From the human T2T-CHM13v2.0 reference genome, Homo sapiens: a DNA stretch of 64,000 nucleotides. The position numbers and the translations under genes were made by a program. Shown piece after piece: positions 1 through 22,065 of this stretch. A model generated the notes under the pieces. The model saw nothing but the letters and a program-made list of their open reading frames with translations. It was not told the DNA's origin and made no database searches. The first letter of the stretch is position 1. The number at the start of each line of letters is the position of its first letter. The stretch is from assembly GCF_009914755.1 (NCBI RefSeq), contig NC_060936.1. One strand, 5' to 3'.

Positions 1-9
1 ATGCTACCC

Positions 10-130
10 TAGTTTCCTCATCTGGGAAACAGAAGTTAACACTATTACATCATCTTATCAAGTTATTGGGAGACTTAAATGAGAGAGTACATGTTAAACA
101 TCAGTCCAGCACCTGGCACAGAGTAACAGC
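10..130. mobile_element. MIR fragment
   Basis: agtttcctcatctg...cctggcacagagtaa core. Confidence 0.6.
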
Positions 131-354
131 AATAGATGTTAGACAGTCTTCTCCATGGGGAAAATAGGACTTGAGATGGGAACAATTCAGCCAGGCTAAA
201 TGGAGTAAATGATGTACAAATATACAGAAGTAAGAATTTAAAATGCTTTCTTTAAGAATCATCAAATATATTCAGGGTGAGTATCAAAACTTTATAGCCT
301 AAATTTCTAATTTAAAAAAATTATCCAACAAATGATTTTGTCAAAGAAAACTCC

Positions 355-1010
355 AACAGCAGATGTTGGCGAGGATGTGGAAAAAAAGGAATGCTTATAC
401 ACCATTGGTGGGAACTTAAATTAAGACAGTCTCTATGGAAAACAGTATGAAGATTCCTCAAAGAACTAAAAATAGAACACCATTCCATCTAGCAATCCCA
501 CTACTGGGTATCTACCCAAAGGAAAGGAAACTATTATATCAAAAAAATACCTGCATTCATATATTTATCACAGCACTATTCACCATAGCAAAGTCATGGA
601 ATCAACCTAAGTGTCCATCAACAGATGACTAGATAAAGAAAATGTAGTGTAGATGTATACCACGGAATACTATGTCACCATAACAAATAATAAAATCATG
701 TCTTTTGCAGCAACGTGGGTAGAGCTGAAGGTCTATATGAAATGACTCAGAAACAGAACATCAAAACCTGAATGTTCTTACTCATAAGTGGGAGCTAAAC
801 AACGGGTACACGTGGACATAGAGAGTGAAATAATAGACACTGGAGACTCCAAAGAAGGGGAAGGTGGGAGGGGGCAAGGGATGAAACACTATCCAATGGG
901 TACAACGTTTACTATTTTAAAAGCCCAAACTTCACCACTATGTATTATATTTGTGTAACACAACTGGACTTGTACCTCCTAAATCTATAAAAATAAAAAA
1001 TTAAATGAAA
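355..1010 (+). mobile_element. L1 3' end (L1PB/L1MA-like)
   Basis: ORF2 C-terminal homology (AIPLLGIYPKE...WNQPKCPS), 3'UTR and A-rich tail. Confidence 0.85.
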
Positions 1011-1225
1011 TTAAAAGTCCAGGCATAGGCAAACTGCTGCATATATTAGTAAGATATGTTAAGGATGCTTTTTGGCTCTTCTAGTCTGGAAATTCAATTA
1101 CCTGATCATGGTTAGAACAAATGACAGTGAATTTTGCATTAATAAATATAAAACCACTTGAACTGGACTAGTTTAATGAAGCAATGATGCATGCCTATTT
1201 AAACTGTACATTAGATTTTAATAAA

Positions 1226-1476
1226 CTTTTTTCTGAGACAGAGTCTCACTCAGTCACCCAGGCTGCAGTGCAGTTGTACAATCTCCACTTCCCAGGCTCA
1301 AGTGATTCTAGTGCCTCAGCCTCCCAAGTAGCTGGGATTACAGGTATGCACCACCACGCCCAGCTAATTTTTGTATTTTTAGTAGAGACGTGGTTTTGCT
1401 ATGCCAGCCAGGCTGGTCTTGAACTCCTGGCCTCCCAAAGTGTTGGGATTACAGGCATGAGCCACCGCACCCAGCC
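1226..1476 (-). mobile_element. Alu (internally deleted)
   Basis: Alu arms and cctcccaaagtgttgggattacagg. Confidence 0.9.
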
Positions 1477-2229
1477 TCATACACTTTTTTCAATGATGCT
1501 ATATTTCACAATAAAACATTTTTAAATGAAACATATGTATCATTGATGTTGATTTTATTCATTGACGTTTTTCATCTTTATCCAAGGGATCTGGTTCTTT
1601 CAGGCATTATTTCTCCAAGTTTGTGTTATTTCAAACAAAATAACCAAAGTTAGGCAATACACTTACTACAAACTTACTCTGGGATCATCAGTTGGTATAA
1701 GCTATACAATCTGCAGACACTGCTTTTGGCTAGGACCTGCTGGGGACCAAAAGGATGTGGAAGAAAAACCTTGGTCTCTTGAAACACAAGAGCTGACATT
1801 CGGACAAGGAGAGACCATACCAGGTAACACCAGTATAGGAACGTCAGGCTGTGCAGATTAAGATGAGGTAAGGAGTCCAGAGAAGGAAAAAACCAGCACA
1901 GACTGGGATTAGCCAGAGGAAACTAAAAGACAAAAGCCTAAGAAATAATATAGAATGTTCTTAGCAAGAGATTGACATAATAAAAGCAATATATTTGCAG
2001 GCAAACTCTGGTGGTTGTATATAGCATTGCTGCTAATAACTGCTTTGGCTTTTCTTTTGTCTTTAATGTTTTGAATCTTTCCACAGAACTAAGGTTTACA
2101 GATCTGGCTGCAGAATGGCAGGGGAAAGCAGCCTTCCCTTTCACACAGGCTGCCCTAAGAAAAGTGGGGACTGGACTTTCCAAAATGAAATTGAGTCAAA
2201 ATATTTAAGTGTTGTTGTCAAAAGACTGT

Positions 2230-2558
2230 ACAGTGTCCCTTGGTATTTGTAGGGGATTGGTTCTAGGATACCCCTCTCTCTTCTGAGATACCAAAATCCA
2301 AGGATGCTCAAGTCCCTAACATAAAATAGTTATAGAATTTGCATATAACCTATGCATATCCTCCTGTATACTTTAAGTCATCTCTAGACTACTTATAATA
2401 CCTAATACAAATGCTAGGTAAATAGTTGTTATACTATATTTTTAAATTTGCATTTTTTAAATTGTTGTATTGTCAATTTGTGTTTGTTTTCTCAAATATT
2501 TTCAATCCTGAGTTAAATCTGCAGTTGCAGAACCCAAGGATATGGGCAGCCAAATGTA
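2230..2558. mobile_element. MER2 (TcMar-Tigger) DNA transposon
   Basis: cccttggtat...ggggattggttc...ggatgctcaagtccc...tttgcatataaccta signature. Confidence 0.75.
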
Positions 2559-2574
2559 TTTCGTCAAGCTAATT

Positions 2575-2885
<311 letters not shown>

Positions 2886-3895
2886 AATCTGGCTAATTTT
2901 CATAACCAACTCAAGTCTACTAAGTCTATCCAGCAGTTTTCCTTTGCCTTTCTTGTGGAGGGACTTGTTTTCCAGAGAATTTCCATTATATTTAAATTAA
3001 TAGAAAAGCAAATATTTTCAAACAAACCAAACAAAACACCAATAAACTGCCCGTTATGGAAGATCTAAATTCCAGGCCTGGTAACACTCCCCTGGGTTGG
3101 TAGCAAAGCATAGGTGAGCAGAGAAGAAAGAGATCCAGGCACTGTGACATGAGGGGGCATTCAGCCAGGTCAAACATTGTACAGTTGAAGCAGATAAAGA
3201 ATAAGTCCCTGTATGACTGCCAGCTGTTTCCTGCAGAACTTCTGCATAATGAGAATAATGATACTGACAGAGCTATTTTAATGAGTAACCGTTAAATAGC
3301 ACATTAAAACACATTATTTGTAGAGTGTCTCCTTGGTTCTGTCTCTTTCAGTCTACTTTCTGCAACAAGACTTAATAGGTTTTCCCAAAAATCTTCACTG
3401 CCTCACCCACTGAATTAGCTTCAAGCACAAATTCCTCACCCTGCAATTCCAGGTACTACTTAATTTGCTTTTGCCTCAATGTTCCAATCTTAGCTCCCCC
3501 TGCTCCTCCTGAGGTGCTGAGGGCTGAGATACAATCAGTGCATTCTGAGAGCAGAGAATGAAAAACAAGATGGCAGTAGGAATTCACTTTCCCTTGAGGA
3601 GGTCCTCTTTCTTCCTCTCAGCCAATCTTTCCCTATCAGTTCAAAACCCTCATCATCCACAAGTCTTCCACACTCTGGTTTGGAATTTTTGGACTGTGAC
3701 CTACTTATTACTTTATCTGTACTACACTCTGTCAACACTGAACTCATCTTGAATTGTGGTTGTCCAGTGCTGTCTCTCAGCTCCTTCTAATATGTACCTA
3801 ACCACACATTAGCAACTCAGAGGAGCTCTCCATAAGCTGAACATGCATCTTCTGTTTAGAAATTAGGGAGTAGCTTAAGCTGGAGGGAAATTTAG

Positions 3896-4273
<378 letters not shown>

Positions 4274-5773
4274 TTTGCTTTGTATTTCTATACATTTAAA
4301 AAATACATAAAACTAACTAACTTTTTGTAATGGAAAATTCCATTCAAAATAACTGGGTCAAGCAGCGTATCACAAGTTTCTGCTGTCTCACCATTTAAAA
4401 GATGCACTTGCTTGTTAAAAAACACGACCTCTGGCAAAATAGTTGATGTAATATTTCTCTTTATTGACTTTAAATATGCTATGGAAGAAGGTGCCTTTGA
4501 CATGTTATCTCAGGATGATAAAATATTATTAAAAAAAGAGTTCTCATTGGGTGTGTCTGTACCCATAAAACAGAATTTAATTAACCATTAGGTAGCCAAT
4601 TGCTCTGTGAACAAACAAAACAAAACAAACTCCACAATGGGTGATTGGGTGACCCTGAACAGACAAAGCCTTAAAAAATGATGTAAGCTGTTATACTAAG
4701 GTACATTGTGAAGAGAGGCAAGAAACAGAGAGGCAAGAAACAGAGAGGTTCTGTTATTTAAAACCAGAAACAAATCAACAGTAACAATCTAATTAAGGAT
4801 GAGTTGTACAACAGAAAGATAATCTTCCTATTTTAATCAGGTTCTTACTAGATTATACTGTTTCCTCTGAGAATTCATAACATAAAAGAGATGAGTGGTT
4901 GAACTTAAATGACCTTTCCTACTCCTTTCTCTGAAATGCTAACATTGTATTAAAAAGGAGAATAAAATGAAAGGGAAGAAGCAAGTAACAAAGATATTGG
5001 AAAACATGAAAAGGGAGAATTGAAGAAACAGGAATCTAAAGAGAAGAGAAGACTGAGAGGTAAGCAAAGCCTTATTTGATGGACAAATTCCACTGAAAAT
5101 AGGAAAAAAAGACTTTAATTGTAACAGGAGAAATGAAAGCAAGAGAAGAATTTTCTGACATGAAAATTGAATACAGAAAGAAGTTATGGAATCTTCTTCC
5201 CTAAGGTATAGAAAACATAGAAGAAGAGGGATAACTTTTCAAGGGTGCTCTCAAGTGATAAAAATTTAGCCCACAAACTCCAAAAGATATATAAAGACAA
5301 GTGGGTTCAGGGTGTAGTGACAAGAGTTGCCTCGAATTCTTTTAAAAACAAATCTTAATGAAAAAATCTCAAATTTTGTTAAATAGTTCCTGGGTCATAA
5401 TAGCAATAAGTATACAGAAAGAACAATAGCAGATAAATATTAAAATACAAGCATATTTGTCTGGGTACACCTAGAATAATCTACTAATGTTTCACCAAAT
5501 TTAAGGTGGCAATAACCAGCAATCATCCAAAACCTAGAGCAATGTCATTGCTTCTTGAGGTGAAGAAGAAAGAAGTGCTTGCCAAAGAAAGGGGACTGCA
5601 TTTTTACCGATAGACTTTTCTCATACTAAGAGGCTTACTATTGCCAGACACTGTGCCAAGTACTTTACATGAATTTCCTCATTTATTTTCACAATAATTA
5701 TATGTGGTTGGTATTATTTTTAGCCCCAGTTTGGAAAAATTAAGTAACTTGACCTAAGTTACATTACTATTAA

Positions 5774-5902
5774 CCCATTTATGCCAGGGGTTGCAATTTT
5801 TTATGTGTGAAAAATTAGACCTTGGCAATGACCTTGACAGTAGGATATAAATAAGTCCCACAAGCTTAGCGTTCCAATAATGGAACACTAGGCATAAATG
5901 GG
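5774..5902. mobile_element. MER85 piggyBac MITE inserted in a MIR
   Basis: TIRs CCCATTTATGCC / GGCATAAATGGG. TTAA target site on the left (5770-5773) and CTAA on the right. Internal GTTCCAATAATGGAAC. Confidence 0.92.
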
Positions 5903-6294
5903 CTAACTAACCTGTTGTGGCAGGATTTGAATATAAGCAGGCTAAGTGCAGAGCCTATGTTCTTAACCTACAGATAATAGTGCATTAAACATTCCCCAAC
6001 AATCCCATGAGGAAAGGTATTATTATTATCCCCATCTTAAAGGGATGGGATTGAGGCTCAGAGCACAAGATCAATAAGATCTATGATAGAGCTGGGATTC
6101 AATGCAAGTCTAAATCCAAAGCCATGTACTTTACTCTCTCTCTCAGTCAACACATAATTTGTAATGTCCACCCTGTAGACATTACCTAGACACTAGGATA
6201 GGCAGTCCACCCTGCCTAGACACTAGGATAGGCAGAAGGAATATAAAGATGATTAAGACAGTCCCTTTTCACAAGAAGTTCACATTTAGAGGAA

Positions 6295-6475
6295 CAGTCT
6301 AGAGCTTTCTACTCAAAGTTTGGTTCATGGATCAGCAGTTATGGGCGTCACCTGGGAGTTTGCTAGGAATCAGAATTGCAGACCCCACCCCAGACTTACA
6401 GAATCAGAATCTGCATTTAACAAGGTTTCCAAGTGTTTCATACACACATTAAAACACCAGTTGGCAGCACTGGTC
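6295..6475. mobile_element. MER5A-type hAT-Charlie element
   Basis: ctactcaaag...cacctgggag...gaatcagaatctgcatttaacaag. Confidence 0.7.
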
Positions 6476-8842
6476 TAATGGATATTTTAAAAGGTATTGC
6501 CATTCCAGGTATAGGTTTCTATGACTACAACCCCAAAATTTGGGCATGAAATAAAACAACTGAACTGGAATAACGGCAGATGTCTGAATGCTCAAATGAC
6601 TCCACTTTTATTTTCAACCAAACTTAAAAGAATAAAAGGTTCTTATTGTATCCAATTGCAAAGTTTCCAGGCGGAGCTATCAGCTAGATGCCAAGTAACA
6701 CACCATCAATGTTTGTTTTCAACATTTTCTCCAGCTTCCTAAAAGTTCACTGTTTGGGGAGAAGTGGTTTTCTTAGATTCATATAATTGGACCTACCTTC
6801 CTCCCACAAATTTGAGAAAGCCGCAGGAAGAATGAGGGGTATTTAGGTGTAGTTTTTGCAGGAATCATGGACTACTAAAATATGCCAATACAGTAAGCCA
6901 GATAACCCAGTAGGGACCTTCAATAAAATTGGCAAGGGTCTTTTTCTTTATTAGCTTCATGCTATAACATGTTGTTTTTAATTGTGTTAGAGCGAGAAAT
7001 GAAGCAAGAGTCATGAACTGAGTCAGAGAAGGAGGGGAAATAAAGAAAAACAAACAAACAAACAAAAACTCATCACACTGCATTTGCAATACAGGAACCA
7101 AAAGCCAACAGACCTCCCTCTGTACCAACGCTTGCCCTGGTTGGAGCCTATAGGGAAGTGAGCTCATCCAGGCAAGGTGCCTAAGTTGCGGGTGAGAATA
7201 GATGTTTCTCCCATCTACTGCAAGTGGTAATCATCTAAAAACTTGACATTTTTAGTAAGTGACACTTTTAAAAATCAAGTTCAGATTCTAAACTGACTAT
7301 TATAAATGACTCCCACCTTTAAGGCCCTTGAGGTTTGGATTGCTTTGATAATGGATTGCTTTGATAATTTTATAAAACCACAATGTCCTACTTGTGGTGA
7401 GAATTCCTTCCACTGTTCAGTGGAGGTCAGCAGGGACTACTGAACTGTCCAGGAGTACAGCACATAAAATGGCCCTGGTAGCATTTAATAGAACTATTAA
7501 AGACTAGCTTTTTACCAATGCCCAAGCATTATAACCAGAGGGAGGAGGGTAGAGTAAAAATACACAAATTTTAGACAGACCTGTGTGTACCCTTGGATAA
7601 GTTATTTTCTTCCTCTGAACCTTAGTTTCCTTATTTGTAAACGGAAACTTTACATTTTTCTCACTTGCAGAAGAATACTTGTGCATGGCAGTTATTAAGG
7701 ATATGTGGTAGCTTATGTAAAATACCTGGCACTCAAGAAATGGGTATTATTATTAAGAATTACTCAAAAAAGATGAAAGAAGTAAGTACACTTGAGCCCC
7801 ATAGTAAGAAACATCACCTAGCACAGTTGACCGTACTTGGATAATAATGAGGAAAAGTGTCTGAGTTGGGGACTTAACCTCTTAAGAACATTTAAAGGAG
7901 GAAAAAAGGAGAACATCTGTGTTAATAAATGATGGTAGCTAAATCCTATGCTGGGCTTTTAATCACATACTTTATCAGAATGTAGGCCATCAGAAATGAT
8001 TTCTACAAAGATGCCTGGTTAGTTGACATAATGTTCTTATCCTCTTCCATCCCAATTTCCTTTTGACCCTCCCAAAGTATAACATTGTAGGTGTTCTAAC
8101 AGTCCTGCATATGTCACTCTCTTCTCCTAATCTTTCAGGAGGCTGTGCCGCTAACTCCCAAGCTGGAGGCTTCCTGCTAAGCCACCTAGACAATCAGTGG
8201 GTCTAAGAATGCCACAAATCATTTTTTTAAAAAGACATTTGGTTCTACTCTTGTGATGTAAGCAATAAAGACCCAAGGGTTGGAAGGACTTGCCTGAGGA
8301 CACAGCTAGTGGCTGGGAGCTTCCAGGCCAGCACTCTTCCTACCCTGACCCTCTACTTCTTCCCCATTGCTTCTCTCCTCAGTTGTGGTCGCTTTCCTTC
8401 TCTTTTTCTTTTATGTACTATGTCTCTATTATAGTTCCTCACAGAGTCATTTGGGCTCAACCATTATTATTATTTAAAATCCATACTACAAATGATGCTT
8501 ATAAGGATGACACACTTGTAGTTTAACACAGATTCATTAGCAAATGCAACTTTGACCATTTCTTGATTAAAATATGTACAGATGACTGTAGTACACATTT
8601 GGATATGGGATGCAGTGAAATTCCAGTAGTCTGTTTAATTCATAACACAGAGCTTGGTTGGGGTTCAATGTATTCATACATTTTTATTAGTCTCAATTGA
8701 AAGATTTTAAAAGATGAATAAATTACTTTCCTATTTGCTTCATTTGCTATTGCAGACTATGCCCAACAGATGTCACATAAGAAATTCAAATTATATCTTC
8801 AAATGGAACATAACTTTAGTAATGAATAATTCAACAGAATAA

Positions 8843-9360
<518 letters not shown>

Positions 9361-9453
9361 GATTAGAAAGTGTCTGTAGTTTGAAAATTAGTCCAAATTT
9401 CTCCTGTTCTGAGTGTATTTAGAAGTAGATACCAAAATGGAAGCTTGACACCC
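9361..9453 (-). other. SLC38A1: 5'UTR part of the first coding exon (whole exon 9239-9453, 215 nt)
   Basis: Acceptor ttattttgctatattttag|GGG with AG at 9455-9454 and a strong polypyrimidine tract. Confidence 0.9.
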
Positions 9454-9746
9454 CTAAAATATAGCAAAATAAAAAAATAACTAAACATATGAAACGCTAC
9501 TGATTAAAAATAAATTACCACAAATAAACAAGTAGTTAATTTACTGATTATACAATTTTACATGTTGCTACTAGATGCATTAAAGCAATCTTTGTCTATC
9601 AAGTTATGGAGGTGTATCTAAATTTTATGCCTTTTATAGATTTCCTTCCATTTTTAACTATACAGTGAATCATGCCCCATAATCTTACTGATCAGGTTTA
9701 TAAGAATATCATGTTAGCTGTAGGTAACAGAGACCCCCTTTTATGA

Positions 9747-10055
<309 letters not shown>

Positions 10056-12049
10056 TGAAGCAGTGCTTTTAAAATGAAAGTGATTCAGTTATTTTAATGT
10101 GTCAGATCGCAGAGCACACACATAGCTGGTACAGACTGCACAGACACAAAAGCACCTTCGGTTTAGCAATCCCAGCTTAAAGAAAAATGCAAATCCTGGG
10201 ATCAAGCACGCAACCCTGGTAGTCAACCAGTAAACAACAAATTTATGTTTTGAAATTTTGCAAGTAGTGTATCCATCAACTGCAAGAGATTAAATCAATC
10301 TCTTCAATGAAATCACTTTATGTCAGGGAATTAGGGAATTAAAAACTCATACTCAAAGGATTTGGTTTAATCCAACTGCTACTATATTACTCATCAGAAA
10401 TGAAAAACCTCCAGAGTTCACATTTTCTCCCATATGGATGACTGTGGTTTAAGTTTCTGAGGGATCACCCATAGTAAGTAGGGAGGGAGAAAAAGAATTT
10501 TGGGGGCACAGCAGCCTCACGAATTAAAAAGCAGATGGCTTGTCTATGGCCATGCCACCCTGAATGTGCCCAATCTTGTCTAAAAAGCAGATGGCCACAG
10601 AGGCAAATGCAACTTCAAAAGCAAGGCGTATAATGCATGGGGAGCCTCACCGTGATACTCTCAGCAAAGTGATGGGGACCATGGAATCAAGCAGAATGTC
10701 AATGAGCTGGTTTTTTTTAAAAAAAATGTCATTAGCAAATCCCCTTGGACAATGTTTTGAATTTTGTCTGATCCTAAATTCCATAAGATGGCTATAGCCT
10801 AGTTAAGGGTCAAACCTCAATGCGCCCAACTAAGTAATATTTCAAGAAGCATCTTACTAATTTCTATTATTTTGAAGACCCACAGAAAGTGCCTTAGAAT
10901 GATAACTTTTCCAGGTATCCCCCTCTTTTCCTCTTTCCACAGCCAGGCCACACATTATTCTTTTCATTCACACAGTCTCCTATCTAGAATAAAACTTCCC
11001 TGGTTTCAGGATCCTGTAATGTGCCATAATATACACATGTTTATAACATCTCAGATTCTAGGAACCTTGTCTTGTCTTCAGGGCAAGGCACTTCCTCAAG
11101 AAGGAGGAGAGCCAGGACAGGGAGATTTGACCTCATGACTCCTGGTCTGAGGCTGATTCCTCTAACCACAGTGGTGGTGCTAGAGACGGCCCATTTCTGA
11201 TTGTTTCTGGTACCTTCATGCAGTGGTGATGTTTTACCATCTGCCTTATGTTGCAAAAGCTGAAATGAATTAAAATGGTTGAACCCCACTCTTACCCCTT
11301 GGCCCTCTTTGATGAAAGCTGTCCAAATGGGCTAGACTGGGTAATTTCTAAAAGTCTTGCCACACTGACTCCCTCTTGTGTGACTACATCCCAGGCTACT
11401 GAAGTGATATTACAGGGCTGATAGAAAGTTAATTCAGCGGATGGCATTTCCAATCTGGGTTAAGGAGACTTTTCTCTCTACAAAATGGAAGGAAATAGGG
11501 CACCAGACAAAAAATTTTCTGCGGTAAGAAAGGATTGACTAATAATAGATCCCGAGTCTACTGTTTAAATTTTCATATTAAAAATACATATGTATGTATA
11601 TATATGTGAGTGTGTGTATGCATATCACACACGCGTGCACGTGTGTAAAACTAGTAAGAAACAGAGAAGAAGGCAAAAGAATGAAAACAACAGATGAAGT
11701 CCTGGTCACTAAAATTAGGTCAATATTATGCAAATACTAGTACAAATTAATCACAAAGAATAATTTTTTATTATTATTAAATAACCTCTCTGAAACCTAA
11801 CTTGTTCTTGAAAATCAAAATGGAAATTGAAGAGAAAAATTAACAAAATTAATGACACCTATCACCAAGGCCACACTTGCAAAAATAGTATCAGTTCAAC
11901 TTATCATATATTTATTGAGCACTAAGTGATGAAGGGATTGAAAAAGCTTAAAAAATGTTAAATGCAGGGATCTCAGGCAGCTTCATAGAAAAGTCACATT
12001 TGGATTGGACCTTGAAATTTTTTTTTCCTAATTCTAAAAGTAATACAAT

Positions 12050-12376
12050 GGCTGGGCATGGTGGCTCATATTTGTAATCTCAACACTTTGGGATGCCCAG
12101 GCAGGCAGATCACTTAAGCCCAAGAATTTGAGACAACATGGCAAAACCCCGTCTCTACAAAAAACAAACAACAACAAAAAAACAAAACAACAACAAAAAA
12201 TCAAAACAAAACATTAGCTGGGTGTGTAGCACGTGCCTGTGGTCCCAGCTACTTGAGAGGCTGTGGTGGGAGATCATCTGAGCCTAGGGAGGTCAAAGCT
12301 CCACTGAAATGTGATCATGCCACTGTGCTCCAACCTGGGCAACAGAGTGAGACCCTGTCTCAAAAAAATAAATAAA
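12050..12376 (+). mobile_element. AluJ with expanded (CAA) mid-linker
   Basis: Diverged Alu dimer. Confidence 0.88.
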
Positions 12377-12759
12377 AGCAACACATACTCACTGTAGAAT
12401 CTTTAGAACAGATATTGTAAAAGAAATTCTACCACCCCCAAATGGGCCACTGTTAAGATTTTTCTTCCTTTTCTCTTTTCCTTTCCTTTCTCTAGCTCTA
12501 GCTCCTCTTCCTTCTCTTTTTTAAGTTTAGCATTGGTGATTTTAGATTGTTTTTAGCCTACTTTTTTCATTGAGTATCATATTGTAAGCATTTTGAAGAA
12601 CAGAAGTGATTATTCTAAAAAATATTAGTTATTTATTAATAAATACTAATTTATTAAAAAATAAATGAATTAATTAATTAACTAATATAGGTTTGGTAGA
12701 AAAGTTAGAAAATACAATTTTTCAAATGGAATAAAATGAGCAAAAAGAAAAAAGTTCAC

Positions 12760-12874
12760 CTGTTAGCTCAGCAAGCAGAGACGATCACTCTATATATATT
12801 GTTGTATGGCCTTCCAGGGTTTTTCTATGCACATAGATATAGTGCCTGGCACACAGTAGACACTCAATAAATAT
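12760..12874 (-). other. SLC38A1: Non-coding exon 2 (115 nt)
   Basis: Acceptor ctcattctttcatttgacag|ATAT and donor CAG|GTGAAC. Consistent with the recalled SLC38A1 exon structure. Confidence 0.8.
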
Positions 12875-12895
12875 CTGTCAAATGAAAGAATGAGC
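12841..12895 (+). mobile_element. L2 3' terminus overlapping the exon 2 acceptor
   Basis: agtgcctggcacacagtagacactcaataaatatctgtcaaatgaaagaatga matches the L2 3' end motif. Confidence 0.7.
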
Positions 12896-13911
12896 ACAAA
12901 TAAAAAATATATACACATTTACAAAAATGGAAATGATACCAAACATTGAGTTTTTAAAACATTTTTTTCACTTAACAAGATATCATTTCCTATCCTGAGT
13001 TATGTCAGTAAGCACAGGTCTACACCATTACTGTTGATACTTGGTTAACTCTGCCAGAAATTGACATCTAACTGGTTATTGCTGGACATTCAGACTGCTT
13101 GGTGGAGAGAAGACTGACAGATGGAGATGGGGCCTGAGCTGAGACTTCACAGTGGAGGGAGAACATGGTCAATGGCACAGAGGCAGGAAGTGCAGATTGA
13201 GTTCAAGAAACAAAGAACTATAGTTTCACTGAAAAATAGAAATAATCATCAGGCTATACGATTAATTAAAAGGCAGACTAGGGTCATCATGTGAAGATCT
13301 TGGTGTTAACACAACCGTAATTACTATCTGTCAACATTTATAATAGGTTACGAATTACAATTTATTTAGCACAGAACATTTCTGATCCTTACCACAACCT
13401 TGTGAGGTACTTAAGGAAGGCATCAATTTCTTGTTATGCTTATTGGTACAATTTATTAATAGTACCAATGTAAAATACATAATCTTGCTATTTATACTGC
13501 ATGGCGTTATAGATCAAAGGAGAGGATACACAAAGAAACTTATCTGGCCTTAAGTCAATTAGAGCCTATTTAACCAAGCAAGACCAACCCATCTAAAATG
13601 ACACTGTACCTCAAAACAATTGCATGATATAGACTAAACTACATGGCAGAACGAAGAATAAGTCTGGTTCAGAGACACACATACCTACACAGTGCATACA
13701 TGCATGAAGGAGGGAAGGAAGCAAGGAAGGAAAGAAGAAAGGAAAGTAGAACGGTGGAGAAATCAATGAGGCCAGGAGAGATCAGGTAAGTCTTAATTTA
13801 ATAAAGAGATAGGACCTGAACTGTGTCTAACAATAGGTAATATTAGACTGGGGGAGAGAGAAGACTTTCCTTGTACCAAGGACAGTACTGGCAGCCTAAT
13901 TGCTAACACTT

Positions 13912-14422
13912 TGTGGTGGATTGGTCCACTCAATATTTGTTCCCACCTCTTTTCAGTCCAGTTCTATAAAGGACAGAAAGTTGAAAACTACATTTCCCAC
14001 ACTCCCTTGCAGCTAGGTTTCTAGATATAATTTAGATTCCACCAATGGGAGAGTGGTGGTGGCCAGAGCAAGGCATCCACTTTACTGGTACCATTCTAGC
14101 AGGTGCTGCAGCAGCAGGTAGCCCTGGAGCCAACAGTTGTGGCTATGATTCTTGATCATCAGATTTGGCTCAAGTGATGTGTTCCTCTAGCATGCACTTG
14201 AGATAATGGCTTCCTGATTTCCAGACTTCCTGAAGGAGGCACAGATAGCATTTAACCTTAGCAAGCCAGTTGAATGTGTTATGTTAATTATTCCTAGAGG
14301 CCCAGCCTAGGGCCTGCACTGCCAGTAATTTTAACAAATTTTTAGGCACTGAATTCCCTGTATTAAATCTGTTTTCCTTAGCGTAAACAGATCTCTGTTA
14401 AATGAAACTAAACCCTGACTGA
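13912..14422 (+). mobile_element. LTR33-like ERVL solo LTR
   Basis: tgtggtggattgg start and aaactacatttcccacactcccttgcagctagg. Confidence 0.65.
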
Positions 14423-15579
14423 TATCCTTCATTTTATTTCTCCCTTAAAATTTTTTTTATTACTGGAAATTTTAAACACATGTAAAAGTAGACAATGGTA
14501 TAATGAACTCCCATATACCAACTTCAATTATCAATTCAGGCCTGTCTTGTTAGATTTTTTTATGCCCACCATCACCTGGAATTATTTTGCAGCAGGTCCT
14601 TGATAACATATCATCTATAAATATTTCAGCAAGAATCTCTAAAAGGCAAGAACCTCCTTCTTAAACAATACCACTGCATCACTATCAAACCCAAAAAATA
14701 ACAAAAATTGGGTAGCACTACATATCTTGCCACATACACTTAATTCTAAAACTTGTTATGAATCATCATTGGTTTTTTATTGTGAAGAACTAATATAATC
14801 AGACCTCTGCTAGCTCAACTCCTGAGAATCAATTATATAAGCTAGGTCAGTGGTTTTGAGAAAGTATTAGTAGACATTTCTCCAAAGAATACATAAAAAT
14901 GGCCACAAGTATGTGAAAAGGTGCTCAACATTATTAACTGTCAGGGTAATGCAAATCCATACTGCAATGAGCTATCACCTCACAGCTCTTAGGACAGCCA
15001 TTATCAAAAGTCAAGAGATAACAAGTGTTGGCAAGGGTATGGAGAAAAGGAAATCTTTGTACACTGTTGGAGGGAAGGTAGTTTGGTGCACCATTATAGA
15101 AAACAGTATGGAGGTTCCTAACAAAATTAAAAGTAGAACTTTACTGTTTCATATGACACAGTAATCCCACTTCTGGATATACACCCAAAGAAAATGAAAT
15201 CACCACCTCATAAAGACATGTGCGCTGAGCCTGGGGAGGTCAAGACTCCACTGAGCTGTGATCATGCCACTATGCTCCAACCTGGGTAACAGAGTGAGAC
15301 CCTGTCTCAAAAAATAAATAAAAGTAACACATACTCACTGTAGAATCTTCAGAACAGATATTGTAAAAGAAATTCTACCACCCCCAAATGGGCCACTGTT
15401 GAGATTTTTCTTCCTTTTTTATTTTTATTTCCTTTCTTTAGCTCTAGTCCCTCTTCCTTCTCTTTTTTAATTTAGCATTGGTGATTTTAGATTGTTTTTA
15501 GCCTACTTTTTAAATTGTGTATTGTATTGTAAGCATTTTCAAGAACAGAAGAGGATCTTTTAAAAAATATTATTTCTTG

Positions 15580-22065
<6,486 letters not shown>

